Origin: Mytilus trossulus | Lineage: Eukaryota | Reading direction: 5' to 3' | DNA length: 64,000 bases | Assembly: GCF_036588685.1 (NCBI RefSeq) | Contig: NC_086381.1 | Coordinates: 81,034,001-81,098,000, forward strand | Shown: positions 13,353 through 27,100 of the stretch, piece by piece | How the letters are laid out: every line of letters begins with the position of its first letter | How positions within the stretch are numbered: the stretch's first letter is position 1 | Notes under the pieces: model-generated | Databases searched by the model: none | Told to the model about the DNA's origin: nothing | What the model saw: the letters and a program-made list of their open reading frames with translations, nothing else | Translations under genes and position numbers: made by a program

Positions 13353-15449
13353 CGTTTATATTACTGTCATAATTATCCTTTGGTAGTACAGCTTCTGTAT
13401 GTTCAAGTATTTACAGAATCTTGCTGTTTTTTTACAAATTGCAAAATAACAAAAATACCGAACTCCCAGGAAAATTAAAAAAAGGAATATCCTTTGGCGT
13501 ATGGCAAAGTCAAAAGCTCGAATACATCAAATGAATGTAAAACAACTGTCATATTAAAATTGGGTTTTGTCATATAGTTTTTCAAGTATTCAAGTATTTA
13601 CATACTGTCATAGAAATAATAATTGTCACTTTATCAATGCGCAGAATCAGTATACGATTAGGTAATTGTTTGCGTTTGAAATTCGGGAGTAATCCAGTAA
13701 TATGAGGTATGAAAAGGAATAAATTATTCACATACCTTTATTACGACTATTCCCATTCATTTTATTGATCTTATCCTAATAAAACATAAACAATGAAGGT
13801 AGCACAATACAAAGATTTGTTTACTTCCAATCACTAACCTTTGAAATACTTTCTTATGAATGAATAGAAAATAATAAAAGAGGTATATATAGATAAATAA
13901 AAGATTAATCTTTTAAATGAATGCAATATTTTTATTATGCAATCATTATGTAATCAATTATTATGTAATTAGTGGCAAAATCTGGGTAAGTTCACTTGAA
14001 TGAATTTAGCTCTATCATCTCTTGAACTATACAGAAAATTTTAACAAAATCTTAATCAACACATCATGGGCTTCGAAAGTGTGTCTCAGATTGTCTCTAT
14101 GGTATTCCATTCTCTCATAAATCTCTAATTAGTGTAAACATCCTAACCACATAAAAGAAGATAATGTTTAATTAGGTGTAAAATTTGTTTTATACATTCT
14201 ATCCGAAATCTGAGACATTCTTTTGTAAATAATGGCCATAGGAACAACATATAATAAAATCAACCCTCTAGGGATACCTATGCAGAAGCTAATTTCATTT
14301 GAAAGTGGAAATTTGGTGAAAAATATTTTAAACACAGTTAACATTATAATTGGTTACATAATTGTTGCATAATACTAACATTGCATTAATTTAAAAGAGT
14401 AATCTGTTAGCTATCCAAAACTACCTGTTTTATAAATTTTCAAGCATTATTAAGCAAGTTACAGCGTTTTAAAACTTGGGAGTTTGAGTTATAAAATCTT
14501 TGTATTGTGCTACCTTAAATGTATAGCATTAACTGAGATGTAAAGTGTTAGTCACATTGCTAATGACATTGATTGATAATGCTTTTTAAGCTTATATAAG
14601 AAAAAAACTGCATGAATACGTTCATGATTGCGACATCACTTAAACATATCTTAAACTAACTCTATCGGACGTATCATGAATCTTTATAATAGACTATACA
14701 TTTAATCGTCATGATTCAATTTTGATTATCTTTCGTAGCCTAGATAAATGTATTTTGTATATAAACCCTGTTTCACTGTCACTTCACTGTCGGAATAATG
14801 GAGTAAGCCGCCACATTTACTTGTTGATATTCACACATATTTATTGATAAATCCACAGTTGTCCAAAATAAAACAACGAATGTGTTACTTGTGTTATGTA
14901 TTTGATCATTTATAATTATAATATAGCTGTAGAGTAGCTGCCGTTCATTATGTTCGTTTTTTGGGACCTTTGGTGTGTGGAACAAAAAAAAAACAGATAG
15001 TTGATGTGAATTAAAATAGAACACTCTTTTTCCGCTTTGTAACAAAACTGTGAAACTATTGAAAAAATATAAATTTAATTATCCTCTGCGCAGACTCACA
15101 GATGTACATAATAATGATTGTTACCCTATACCTCCAAGGTGAATCCACGTGTATTGCATCCTACTTGCAAAGGTATACTGATTTGTAAAAATTGCTATGC
15201 AGAACCGGTTAACCCATGTGATGCAAAACAAAGAGTGTTCATTCAATAGAGCTAAAAACAAGTGTGCAAATTCACTATGCAATAAATTTCTGCGATTTTC
15301 TAAACGTGCTGTTAACGCGTTAAGGTAATTTTCAAGGATGAACACGTTAAAGCTGAATGTTTTTTATTGGCATGTGAACACTAACAATTCGGATACTATT
15401 GCATTTTAAAGCAATTTAGAGATAGGTGTATATATTTCATATTGAGACG

Positions 15450-15715
15450 ACTATTTTACCTAGTATGTCTGTTTTGTTCACGCAACGTTGTAAATATAAT
15501 GAGATTTGATGCGACTGTCATACATGTGAGAGGTTTAGCGTTATGAAACCGGAATAAATTCACCATTTTCTAAATTTTAAAATGCCTGTACCAAGTCAGG
15601 AATAAAACAGTTGCTGTCCATTCGTTTGATGTGTTTTATCATTTTATTTTGTCATTCAATTTGGGACTTTGCGTTTTGATTTTTCCTCGCAGTTCAGTAT
15701 TTTTGTGATCTTACA
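15450..15715 (+). repeat. Repeat family B with twister-like motif (15513-15612)
   Basis: GTGAGAGGT...CACCATTTT...AAAATGCCTGTACCAAGTCAGG. Confidence 0.7.
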
Positions 15716-16645
15716 GTTTTTTTCAAATATTGACAAAGATGGAGTTATACGTAGGAACTACGTTGTTTAAGATATTAACTTCTTTCTTGTATTTTCTTTC
15801 TGATCCGTCCCAAGTTAGTGGTTCTATACCTTTACTGAAAACATTTAAATACAAACAACAGAAAAAAATAGCAACTGTTAACATGTTGAAACGTCAAAGG
15901 TACCTTACAATATGTATGTTTTAGAAAAAACGTGCAAAATATAATAAATATACCTTCATGTGCTGCTTTTGGAGTACATTGAGATTCAAATTTCAGAAAT
16001 TTCCTCAATATACGGATTTGTGGACTTATTTTTTCTTTCGATAGAAATACATAACTTTTTTGTTTTAAAAGATAGACACGATCTGTTTTCTTTTTGGTTG
16101 AATTATTTGTAATTCATGTGTTATATAAATATTGCATCCATTTGTACATTTTATTATTACAAATAGCTCAAATTTATCAAAGGTTCATGAATTTAGGAAA
16201 CAAACATCATTTTTTGCTGCATATATATCAAATTTGAAAAAATTCACTATTTACGGTTTCATGAAAATTGGTACACATAATCTTCTCACGTAATCAAACC
16301 AAATATCATTTTAGAAAAGAGGGGTCCATGAACTCGTTTTCAAGTTAAATCAGCCGAAAACTGCATCTTTTCCCGATGTCACCGTTTGACTTCGCGAAAA
16401 TAACAATTTACGTTAGCAACGTCGTTACCTCGCCTGTAACTGTATCGTATGCCCTTAACTAAAAGGAATGCAGTTTTTTGTAAGTTTTATAGTCATAAGA
16501 AATGTAAACAATGTGATATACATTATAATTATCAGGTAATTTAATAATCAATCATGGTGCCTAAAATGTTTAGCTTTTCAATACAATGAGTTTCAAAATA
16601 AAGCGCAGTAATTGATTATAATGATCAGCGTGATTACTGTATTTC

Positions 16646-16817
16646 TAAGGCTTTTTACCTTAGGAATAAATTACCTAAGCTGTATTTGGCAAACATTTTA
16701 GGAACTTTTGGTCCTCATTGATCTTCAACTTCGTACTTTATTTGGCCTTTAAAACATCTTTTGTCACGTCTGGCTTAAATATGAATTTTTAAACTAGTGT
16801 ATATATGATGAGTTTTT
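16646..16817 (+). mobile_element. Retrozyme-family relic with hammerhead core deleted
   Basis: Similar to about 57290-57500; only cgtctggc remains of the ribozyme. Confidence 0.6.
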
Positions 16818-19800
16818 TTTAAGAAACATGTAAACTCTATAAAAAGGTAATGAAATTATGAAAAATAATGACATTAATAAAACATCAGTTATTTGAAACC
16901 ACTGTGATTTGGAAAGAAGCATTTCATAAATAATTTGTAGACCAAGGACTATGGGATACAATTGTCGATCAACTTGTTAATGTTTATATTTATCAAACTA
17001 CATAAATATTTCTAGAAATGTCTTTGCTTCTTACAAAAGTGAGTGATATACATCACATAAAATCAGGAAGCAAACATTTGCAGATGAAAAAAATTAATCT
17101 AAATTCATTCCATCAGGTTTATTCCCTTAGTTATTTAAAGATTTAAAGTAGAACGATGTTGTGATCTTGTATTGTTCAGACTTTTTAAAACGGAAATGCA
17201 GTTTATCTTAAATTACGTTTTTACATAACTTAAACGTGTCTGTAACGATAAGGAAAACTATCATATATTACTGTCAAAATTGAATTTCAATGTAATCATC
17301 ACTATCGTTTGTTAAGGCGAACCAATATATACCATGGTAATCTTTTAACAATTGTAAACTTTGTTTATTCCATCTTCACTTTTTAGAAATATTTCAATTT
17401 AATATTTCAATTGACAGGGAACCCACAGCATTCGATAATGATATAAGGTTACAGTAGTAGTTTACTATGTTGCAATCTCAGAAATAAGTCTGAAAATGTC
17501 ATGGTTGATGATATATTCATTACATCAAAATATATATCTACTGAAAAAGTATGGTATATTATCAATACATTATTGATTTCAAAATTATGAGTTCACTACT
17601 GATATACAATAGTACTTTCATTAACTTGTTTTCCCTTTTTTTATTTTGCAAATACATGTACGTTCAATCAACATCAACGTGTTTAACTGTCATCTATCGT
17701 TGAAATTATATAACTTGCTGGATTTGACACTACTTTTTGCAACTTTGTTACGACTCATATGGACCTAAAATAAAAAAAATAAAACATATATGATTTACAT
17801 TGACTAGATCATTTCTCTTGGATGAGTCAAGCAAAACCAATAAGTTAAAATTTTGATACTTTGCGAAAATTTACCAACAAATAGTAGCAAAATGTAATAA
17901 TATTCAGTGTAACGAATATGTGTGAAGTTCAAATTGTATTTTGTGTATGATAGATTATAGAATTACATGTACGGAGAAATATCTTTACGCATTACGGTAT
18001 ACATATTTAATAGCACATGTAGCATACATATGCCCAATAAATATTCCTCTTCGCAAACAAATACAAAAACATTTTAGTGAATTTTTAAAATTATATTCAT
18101 TTTTTTTTTCTGTTTCAATTCCAATTGTTCATCAATGCATTTTAGAAAATTATTAATTTGTTGTGTTTGGGACGTTGACGAGATTACACACGTGTTTAGG
18201 GGGAATACAAGATTCAGCATCAAACGAGCTGGTATACATAGCTAACACAAAACACTGAACTATATATATATAATCTCTACTTATAATACTCTAATATACT
18301 AGTATCAATGAACTTCATGTTGCAATAATATAATCAACATGTTAAGCTTACCTTTCGTTCTGAATTGATATTTCCGTTTTATGTTTGACATTTGAACTGT
18401 ATTCCACCACTTCATTTCAATATATAAAGGAAAGAAGATGAGATCTATGATATATAGCGCTATATAGGTATACAACATGTACATTGCAATATATGATGTA
18501 CGGTTGCTCTTTATTCAATGACTACAGACATAGAAACATCAGCATTTTTAATTGTATGTTTATCATAACATGATAAGGCAATTAGGTAATATTCATTCAA
18601 ATTATTGATGAATGCGAACTAGCGATACGTTAAAGTTTACTTATAGGAACATTTGTTACATTAACCGATTTAAACAGATGGTACATATGTTATGACTGCA
18701 CGAATAAGTTGTCATAAAAAGTAATGTGTATCTTGTAAATAGCTGACGATACTGCAGATATCACTAATCTTTCTATGAAATCCTACCGTCTTAAAATCTA
18801 ATTTAAGTGACTGTTATAAAAAGAGGAATTCAAACGGCAACAGACTAGACTACTGCAGAATATTTCATTTTCTAGTGTGTGCGTTTTTGTGGATTAGTAA
18901 AACATTAATTTACAAGGAATTTTGTAGTTTTAAAATCCCCAAAAATATGCAACAGTACGAAGCCATCAGGTTTTTGAATAAAAATACCGTATACCATTCA
19001 AGGTATAGTTCTCGTTATACGATTCCTCATCCTAGTTTCTAAACTATATTTTAATTTTGTGTTCATAGGCTACATATGGTCGAAACAATAGCATAGGTAC
19101 AGCATTGGATTGACTACAAACCAAACGCAAGATAAATCAGTTTAGTATTTCCGGAAGACGTGACTTTTGTAGAGTATAAAAATTAAATTGTGTTGACCGG
19201 TGTAAAATCATATAATTTGATCACAAAAAGAGGTAGGCATGTTGATAAAAATCCCACAAAATCATGACTACTGAAGAACTTATCATTATACATTTACCTG
19301 TGTTCAGTTTACTTCCATGATATATGGCCATGTTATGTTGCTGAATATATGATCTTTACATTTAACCTTCACGTCAATCAGGTACTGACGGTGCTGCATC
19401 AAACTCAGATGAGATGTATTAAAATGAAAAATGAATAATAAAAGTATTAATGTACTCCTAGATTTTTTGTTTTCATTTCGTTGCGTGTTTCTTGGCTTAG
19501 AAAAAGGTCCAATTTTTAAAGTAGATAAAACAAAAAACATTTTGTCGAACAACAAGATTTGGTGAATTAATATGATTTAATGAACATAATCATTAAAATA
19601 CTATTCAATTAAACAATATTAACGAGTTCTCTCAGTTAAATATGAAATAACATGCATGAATTTGAAAACTTTAAGGACAAAGTTTAATATTTCTTAGAAT
19701 GATATCATATCAAAACATGGGGAGAAATTAAGTAACTCTAGATTGTGTCTTATAATTTCATTAATAGCAATTTCAGTCGTAGAAAAGGTTACTTGCTAAT

Positions 19801-20891
19801 TAAAATTGATATTCAAATTTGTATTGCAAACAATAATGAGAGATAAAGGACGTTAGTCAACGAAATTTTTAAAAACAAGTTAATAAATGAAATAGATTGA
19901 AGAAATAACTGAGTATTTATTTAACAACAAAACATATCAATATGAATACATTTTATCAGTGAAGACATTTCCAAACTTAAAGAAAACAAATTGTATTGTA
20001 ACTTTTAAAGTAATAACATTGAATAAGCAATGGACATGGAAAGCATAGAAGCTACGTTAGGATGAAACTACACAAAAAAGCCATGTACATTTGGTTAGTC
20101 GACACACACTAAGACATATATATATATACTAAACAAAAAGCTAAATATATGAAAAATTAGGAAGCAACTAGCAAATCAAAATAAACAATATAATCATATG
20201 TAGGAAAATAATAAATCATAAGATGTCTTCAAAATGATGACAAAATATGTAATATATCAAATATTGTATGATTGACTTCAATTTTCGTGTACAAGTGTTT
20301 TAGTTTCGGCCTTAACAACTGAGTGTAAACGTATTCCTTTTTTTAAACTACTGTCATTGTTAAATATTATGCTGAATAAGTTTTTGTTACGTTATTGGCA
20401 TATAATCAAAACATCCTTTACCACAAAATACATCCATACATTACAACACATGTTTAAAGAAATCACATACAGTATCAGAATAAATTGTTTGTGTTAATAA
20501 GTATTCGAAAAAAAAGGAAATACATTTTGTACTTCAATTCAATTATACAAAAACATCGAAATTAATCTTAATTGTATTCAAGTAACAACACAAAAGACGT
20601 TATTTAATTAACATGCTAATATAGATTTATTTTTTAATGTTTGATTGCCTTATACATTCGTTATCAAGTGTAAGTCATCAGATGGTACTCTTGAAATTAC
20701 TGACAAACTTTTTTACTGCATGTATATGTATACTAACTTTCAGTTAATTCACATTGTATGACGTCAATCTCTATCGCTTATATTCTTGTTAAAATGTTTG
20801 GGAACTTGTGAGATAATTCATAAATCCAAAACTGCTTAATAGTGTTGTATCACAATAACGTGCGATACAATAATCATAATATGATACATAC

Positions 20892-21152
20892 CTGACTGAT
20901 TGAACACAAATATACTGTCAATCCTACTGGTATCGGTATACAGAAATGTCGGCTTCGATCCAGGTGTTTTTGTTACCATGAACAACTGTGTATGATCAGC
21001 ATAAAAAATATAGTTGCTTAAGACACTAATAGCCAGTTTGTTGCCACTATTGTTTGTCGAACGGATTGTTGTAACATCAGAGCCATCGTATGAAGCTGAT
21101 TTTAGGTCACCATTGTTATTTACAATCCAAAACAGTCTGTTTTCATCAGAGT
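20892..21152 (-). CDS. YWTD gene exon D
   Basis: attatag|ACTCTGATGAA...CAGTCAG|gtatgt; DSDENRLFWIVNNNGDLKSASYDGSDV...NYIFYADHTQLFMV...IFVFNQS. Confidence 0.9.
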
Positions 21153-24100
21153 CTATAATATTTGGAAACAAATGCTTGAAAATGTGTATTATCTTTTACA
21201 TTAATTAGATATGAGTGTACCGCAGTTACTTTTTTTTTTAATCTGGTGTTCACTGCCCGAGTGATGAACTCAGATATATCGTGAAGCAATGCACAAGGAC
21301 ATGTTTATAAATTTTATCAATTTTGTTTTCAAAGAAAGAAAAAAAACAGTTGATCAGCCTATACAAGAAATAAACATTGCCGTCATATGTTGTTTTTTTT
21401 CTTTATTCTAACACCAAGACAAAGTATCAACTGAGACTATGCTATTTGGCGGTGGAGACGTACCTCCAAGTTTATTCATAAACGACAAAGCTTCTACCGA
21501 GTTTCTGTTTTTAACAGATTATTCTTTTTCGTTAACAGCCGAAGTGCCAATGCTTTCGTTGAAAGAGGCTTACACGTCCATTGTTGGAACTTTTTTTATA
21601 TCTAACATATCATACAGGTACATATACAGTCGACTGTCATATCTTAAGCAACACTACAACAAAGTTAACTTATAACAACGTACCTATGTCCATACAATAC
21701 ACTTCTGATGATACAAAGTTAACGATCGTCTCTTTTTTAAATAAATCAAATCTAGACTTTGATATTCCTATAGTCCTCTCAACTATATACATCCATCTGA
21801 AAGTAAAATCATATTTTTGTCAACACAATAGATTTCATTTGCAGGTTTGTTTGTTTGTTTGTTTGTGTACACATGTGTAGTTACTTCCTTTAACGCACAA
21901 TTATAAGATAGGCGGACAATGCTTCATAAGGATTATGACAAATGACCGCTTTATTAAGCGCAACAATAGTAGACCGTTGTTCAAAAGTAAAAAATCTTAA
22001 AAAAAACAAACTAAAACATAGGGAAGCACATCAGTTATTAGAGGAAAACAATGGAACAACAGAAACATTGAACTGTATCATATAAACGGACTTTAAATCA
22101 AACATTGTTTTACTAAACTGAAAAAAGGTAGGTTGAGTGTAGTAGTTCGACTGAAATTTAAAAAATAAGATAATATACTTGGTTCGTCGTATATTTTGAT
22201 TTGAAGAAAAAAACCTACTGACATCAAATTTGGATGTTCCAAAGCGTCATTTGCAAAAGAAGCGTGATTTTTTAACCTTAAAAAAATCATATTATTTAAC
22301 CTGCATTCTTGCTTCGAGGAGCTAGCTTTAACATCCGAAACAAAAAAAATTGAGGCATATTTCATATTGAATGCTACTGCCAAATAGACATGATAGATGC
22401 CACATCACAATGACTATTGATTTCAAGGAATGTTTGTCTCATCAATATGATCAAAAACTCTGGTAATAATATTGCAATGATGATTCCACAGTTACTTACA
22501 CATACTTTTTAACGCATCTTAGAATAAAAAGATATTTTTGTTGGAAACCAAAGCAAGGAATCTGCAGGACAGTTTTACGATATTTTTTGAAAAGCTTCAA
22601 TCTCGTAATAAATGACATAATCTCATTTTTTTTACTTATCATTATACAATGTAATAGATTGTTCAAGTCAAACATGTATAGCAAGCTAAGATGTGCATGG
22701 TGTATCACTTCTATGGGACATACTAATACAGGTTTAACATCTAGCAGCTAATTCAAGATAATTGTGAGATATGAGTTCATGGAACGTTATAAGGCCCCTT
22801 TATACATAATTTAATTAATTTTCTTTAAATCAAGGGAGTAGGTCTGGTAAGGGCCGATTTTAGGCCTCAAACTTAGGTTAATCTGTTGAAAGATTTGGGA
22901 CATTTTTTAAGTACTTTGGTCGATTCAATTAGTTTATTGGAAAGATCTAAACTGGTTCAGCCTTCAAAGTCAAGCATACATATGAAAGTTGTACAAAATA
23001 TGCAATAATATGCCACTTTTCAGATGTTTTTTCTCAAACATGAAAGTGGCCGTATTCGTGTTCATTCCCAAAGTTTATATATGTTATGTATTACCACCAA
23101 ACACAACTTACATTTAAATATTAGAAATGAACACAAATGCGGTCACTTCCATTTCGGACGGTAACCGTCTAAACATTAACCAAAATGCTTAGATTTCAGT
23201 AATTTAGCATGACTTCATGATGTGCATTTAATTGGCAAACACAGCCCATATGTATGTAACGGAAGTATTCTACTTTCTAATATGAAGCAATAAAGTTTAA
23301 AATTTAACAATTTTGTAAAATTTTTATATTTTGGGGCCAAATAGGGATCTTACTGAGCAGTATCTTGCAGGTATTTTGACGCCTTTTAAGTGGACGGGAT
23401 TTGAATGTTAGGCCCATCCCAAGGGAATATTTTTTTCCTGAATCTTACCAAATTATTTCTAATGTAAAACGAAACAAATACATGCAAACTATTATTACCA
23501 GTGAAAGTTGCAATTATTTAAACAAAAAGGGTATGTTTTTGAATATTTTTGCGGTGGTTCGTTAACTATATCATGTCTCGTGAGGTTAAAAGCATCACTA
23601 CAATGTAATTTTGTAATGGTGTTTTCATGAAAAAAAAATAATTGTTACTGAAAATTAAATACGACTGTTTTTGTTTTTTTATTTTTTGTTAATGAGTACG
23701 ACTGAAAAAATGTGGTTCGGTTAATAAACATGAACACAACGCACTAGTTGAGTTTAAAAGAACAAATACATATTTATTGATGTTTGTAACTATAGATATT
23801 TCAGTCTTGTAGAATGTGTTCAATATGTAATTGAGATAGCTGTAAAGTATTAGAAAAATCCAAGTTAATTCGAAAAAATAAAAACAAATAAATAGATAAA
23901 GGTGACTATCTGAATTTAGCCCGTACTTAACATTCAAGCTTTTTCTACCTTTTATTTAAATCTATAAATTTGACAGCAATACCCCAAACTACAAAATTAA
24001 TTGGCATTCTGTAATATTAATATATCGTTAAGATTTTTCATATCTTTTGAATAGTTTTACGGTGTTTTGTTAATTATGTGATAGCTTTTGTTGAAAGACC

Positions 24101-27100
24101 CGGCCTCAAACTCATAAGACTTGCGTTAGATATAAATTCCAGTATATTGAATTATCTAACGCAAGTCTTCCATGTTGCTGTCGCTACGTTTATTCAATCT
24201 CGAAAGTGGTGTGGTCTTTTACTTCATTTGTATTTAAAAGGAGTAGGTTCAGTAAGACCCCTTTTTGGCCCTAAAATATAGCAGTTTTACAAAATTGTGA
24301 AAATGTAATCTTTTAGCTATTTATTGGAAAGTGGAATGCTTCTGCGACACAAATCTGGGCTGTTTTTTTACAATACAATGCACATATATCAGGTACTAAC
24401 ATCATTAAGTCATGATAAATTACTAAAATCTTCATAATTTTAGCATTTTCGTTAAATTTTAGACGGTTTCCGTCTTAAATGAAAGTGGCCGCATTCGTGT
24501 TCATTTCTAATATTGAAATGTAAGTTGTATTTGATGATAATACATAACATATATAAAGGTTGAGGATGAACACGGATGCTGCCACTTTCATTTTTGACAT
24601 AAACCATCTGAAAAGTGACGTTTTTTTTGCATATTTGAAAGATTTTTCATTTTTAAGCGTGATTCGGAGTGTTTTTTATGACTTAATCAGTTAAATCTTT
24701 CAAATAAATTAATTGAATCATTTGAAATTGACACTTACGTGTTTAAAAAGTTCCAAAATATTTCGTTAGATGAACCTGAAATTTGGGGCCAAAATCGGCC
24801 CTTACCGGACCTACCCCTTTACTTAATCATTTAATCGTAAACGTTGCCATTTTTTTGCTTTTCGTAATCTTTCTTAGTCAAACCTGTTTTATTTAATAGA
24901 TAGAGTAGCTAGAAGAGCATAATTATGTCTTATTTTATGAAAAGATCTGCCATTAATATATGAGTCAATGACAGTTTTCAAAAGAAAATTAAAACTTTAT
25001 TATCTAAATGGTTCGATGTCATAAGACCAAATATACCGATTTAGCCATTCAAACATCATACCCATATGCTTAAAATAACATAATGACATTGATTTCTGGA
25101 GTAAAACCTGATTGATAAAACAGTTGTTAATTTGTGTTAACAAAATTTATTCATCATGTGTCAATTCCTAGAAACATTAAACTAAATACCTGTTTGCAAG
25201 ATCAAGTCGTATCACAAAAGGATCACTAAGACTTGATAACACAGTGAAATTGCTTCCGTCAAGATTACACCTTGAGAGTGTGTGTGAGAAATAATCAACC
25301 CAGTATATATGGTCATTGGTTGGATCAACAGCTATTCCTGATGGAAATGATAATGACTGGATAACTGTATGCAATTTAATGTTCTTTGAGGGATATGCAA
25401 ATCTATATAAATCAAAAAATGTTATTCAAACTAAAAACATTTATTAACTGATCTTTTATACTAAAAACTCTCTAATTCATTTCAAACAAAACAGTTTACT
25501 GAATCTGTTAACTTATGATAGGGATCTATTGTGAATAAAATACAATGATGAATTGATGTGTTTTCTAAACAAATAACTTGAGATTGTGCCACTAATTTGA
25601 ACGAGTGTTTAAACATATATATTTATCAACATATCAATGTAGGCTGCACATCATAGACGAGAATGTTTCAAGTACTAGTAAAATTGATATATTATAATTA
25701 GGGATATCAACGAGTACTCGAGTTTACGAGTATTGCTCGGTAGTACCGATTATCGATTACCAAAATGATACTCGACTAATTGGTTTCCTGTTAGATTTTT
25801 GTTGCTTACTTAAGTTTAAACCAAACTTTATTTTTATTGAGAGCACCTCCCGGGAAATTATATATTATACAAAATTTTAAAAAAACATTAAATATGATTT
25901 TAATCTTTCCGTTTAACTGTCATTTAAAATTCTTCCATACAGAGGTACGTGTAGGATATATGCATAAGAGCTTTCTTCCACGCTGACACGTGTATCTCAT
26001 CTCAGTCACTCCCCCACCTCTGTATCGTTAGAGCATGTATTTTCATCAGTTGCCTAACAAATTTGAGAAATATCGCTACCTCTCAGAAAAAGATGACAAG
26101 ATAATATTTAAAAAAAAGACAAATTCGGTGCACCTATCAACCCTTAGAGAATAACTGATGGCATCAGAAAGTTCTAATCATCTCCTCTTTGTTAATCATT
26201 AAACGAGTTTTTTACGGATGTTTGAGTAATAAATTTTCTAAAGATACTAATTAGTAACTTGATAAGATTAATCAGTTTACATAGTAACTACATATAGTAA
26301 ATGAAATATCAGTTATGGTATAAAATTTCTTGGACTATTAATTAGTCCTAGATAATAATGTTGAGGGTTTTTTCGATCATAAAACAACAACATACAATAC
26401 ATAAATGGGTTTACGTTTGTGTTCCTATTTAGTAAATTTTACTGAACGAGTACTCGAGTATTGCTCGATAAATTCAACAAGTAATCAATTAGTAAAACTT
26501 CAACGAGTTAACATCCTTAATTATAATGTTCCCTTTGCTTTCCTTTTTTTCTAAAAATCAGCTTTAAACTGATTACAACTTATAATTTTTTAAAGTTGTT
26601 ACATTTCAAGGCAAAGTTTTAAAGAAGATGGTTCAAGAAAATGTTTTATTTTGATCTGCACGAACTTTATACAAAAACGATTACAAAAAAAAATACATGT
26701 TCTTTTTTATAATTTAAATTATCATTGTTATACATTTTTAAGTAGTAGTTTTATATTTATAAGGTTTGACTCATTTCAACAGTTGCACAACCTGTCTTTC
26801 AGTTTTTTGCAATTCTGGGGATACGTCAAACATAAAGAAAAAATGTGTTCTGTATACCATATAATGTTATCAAAGCAAATATAACTTTGTATTGTCCCCT
26901 ACAATACATCTTGCATTGGACATGCATGTAACGGCCTTTTGTTCATTGTTCCTGTCTTGTAAATACTATTACAAGAACATTTCTTCCAAAAATGATTTTA
27001 TATAACAATCTTATTTGTATTAAAAATGTCTTGGACAATTTAGAAAGTCAGTGCAAAGCAACTATTGTAAATGAACTATTCCACTTGAAAATATAATTAT

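Noticed and set aside
15121-15345. 74-aa minus-strand ORF in the conserved core
   Set aside because: The duplicate at 61.3-61.5 kb has a stop and a 7-nt indel in this frame
18352-20770. Candidate downstream exons of the YWTD gene (about 20738-20770, 19298-19394, 18352-18420)
   Set aside because: Splice-like dinucleotides exist but acceptors are weak and there is no recognisable domain; not supportable without RNA data
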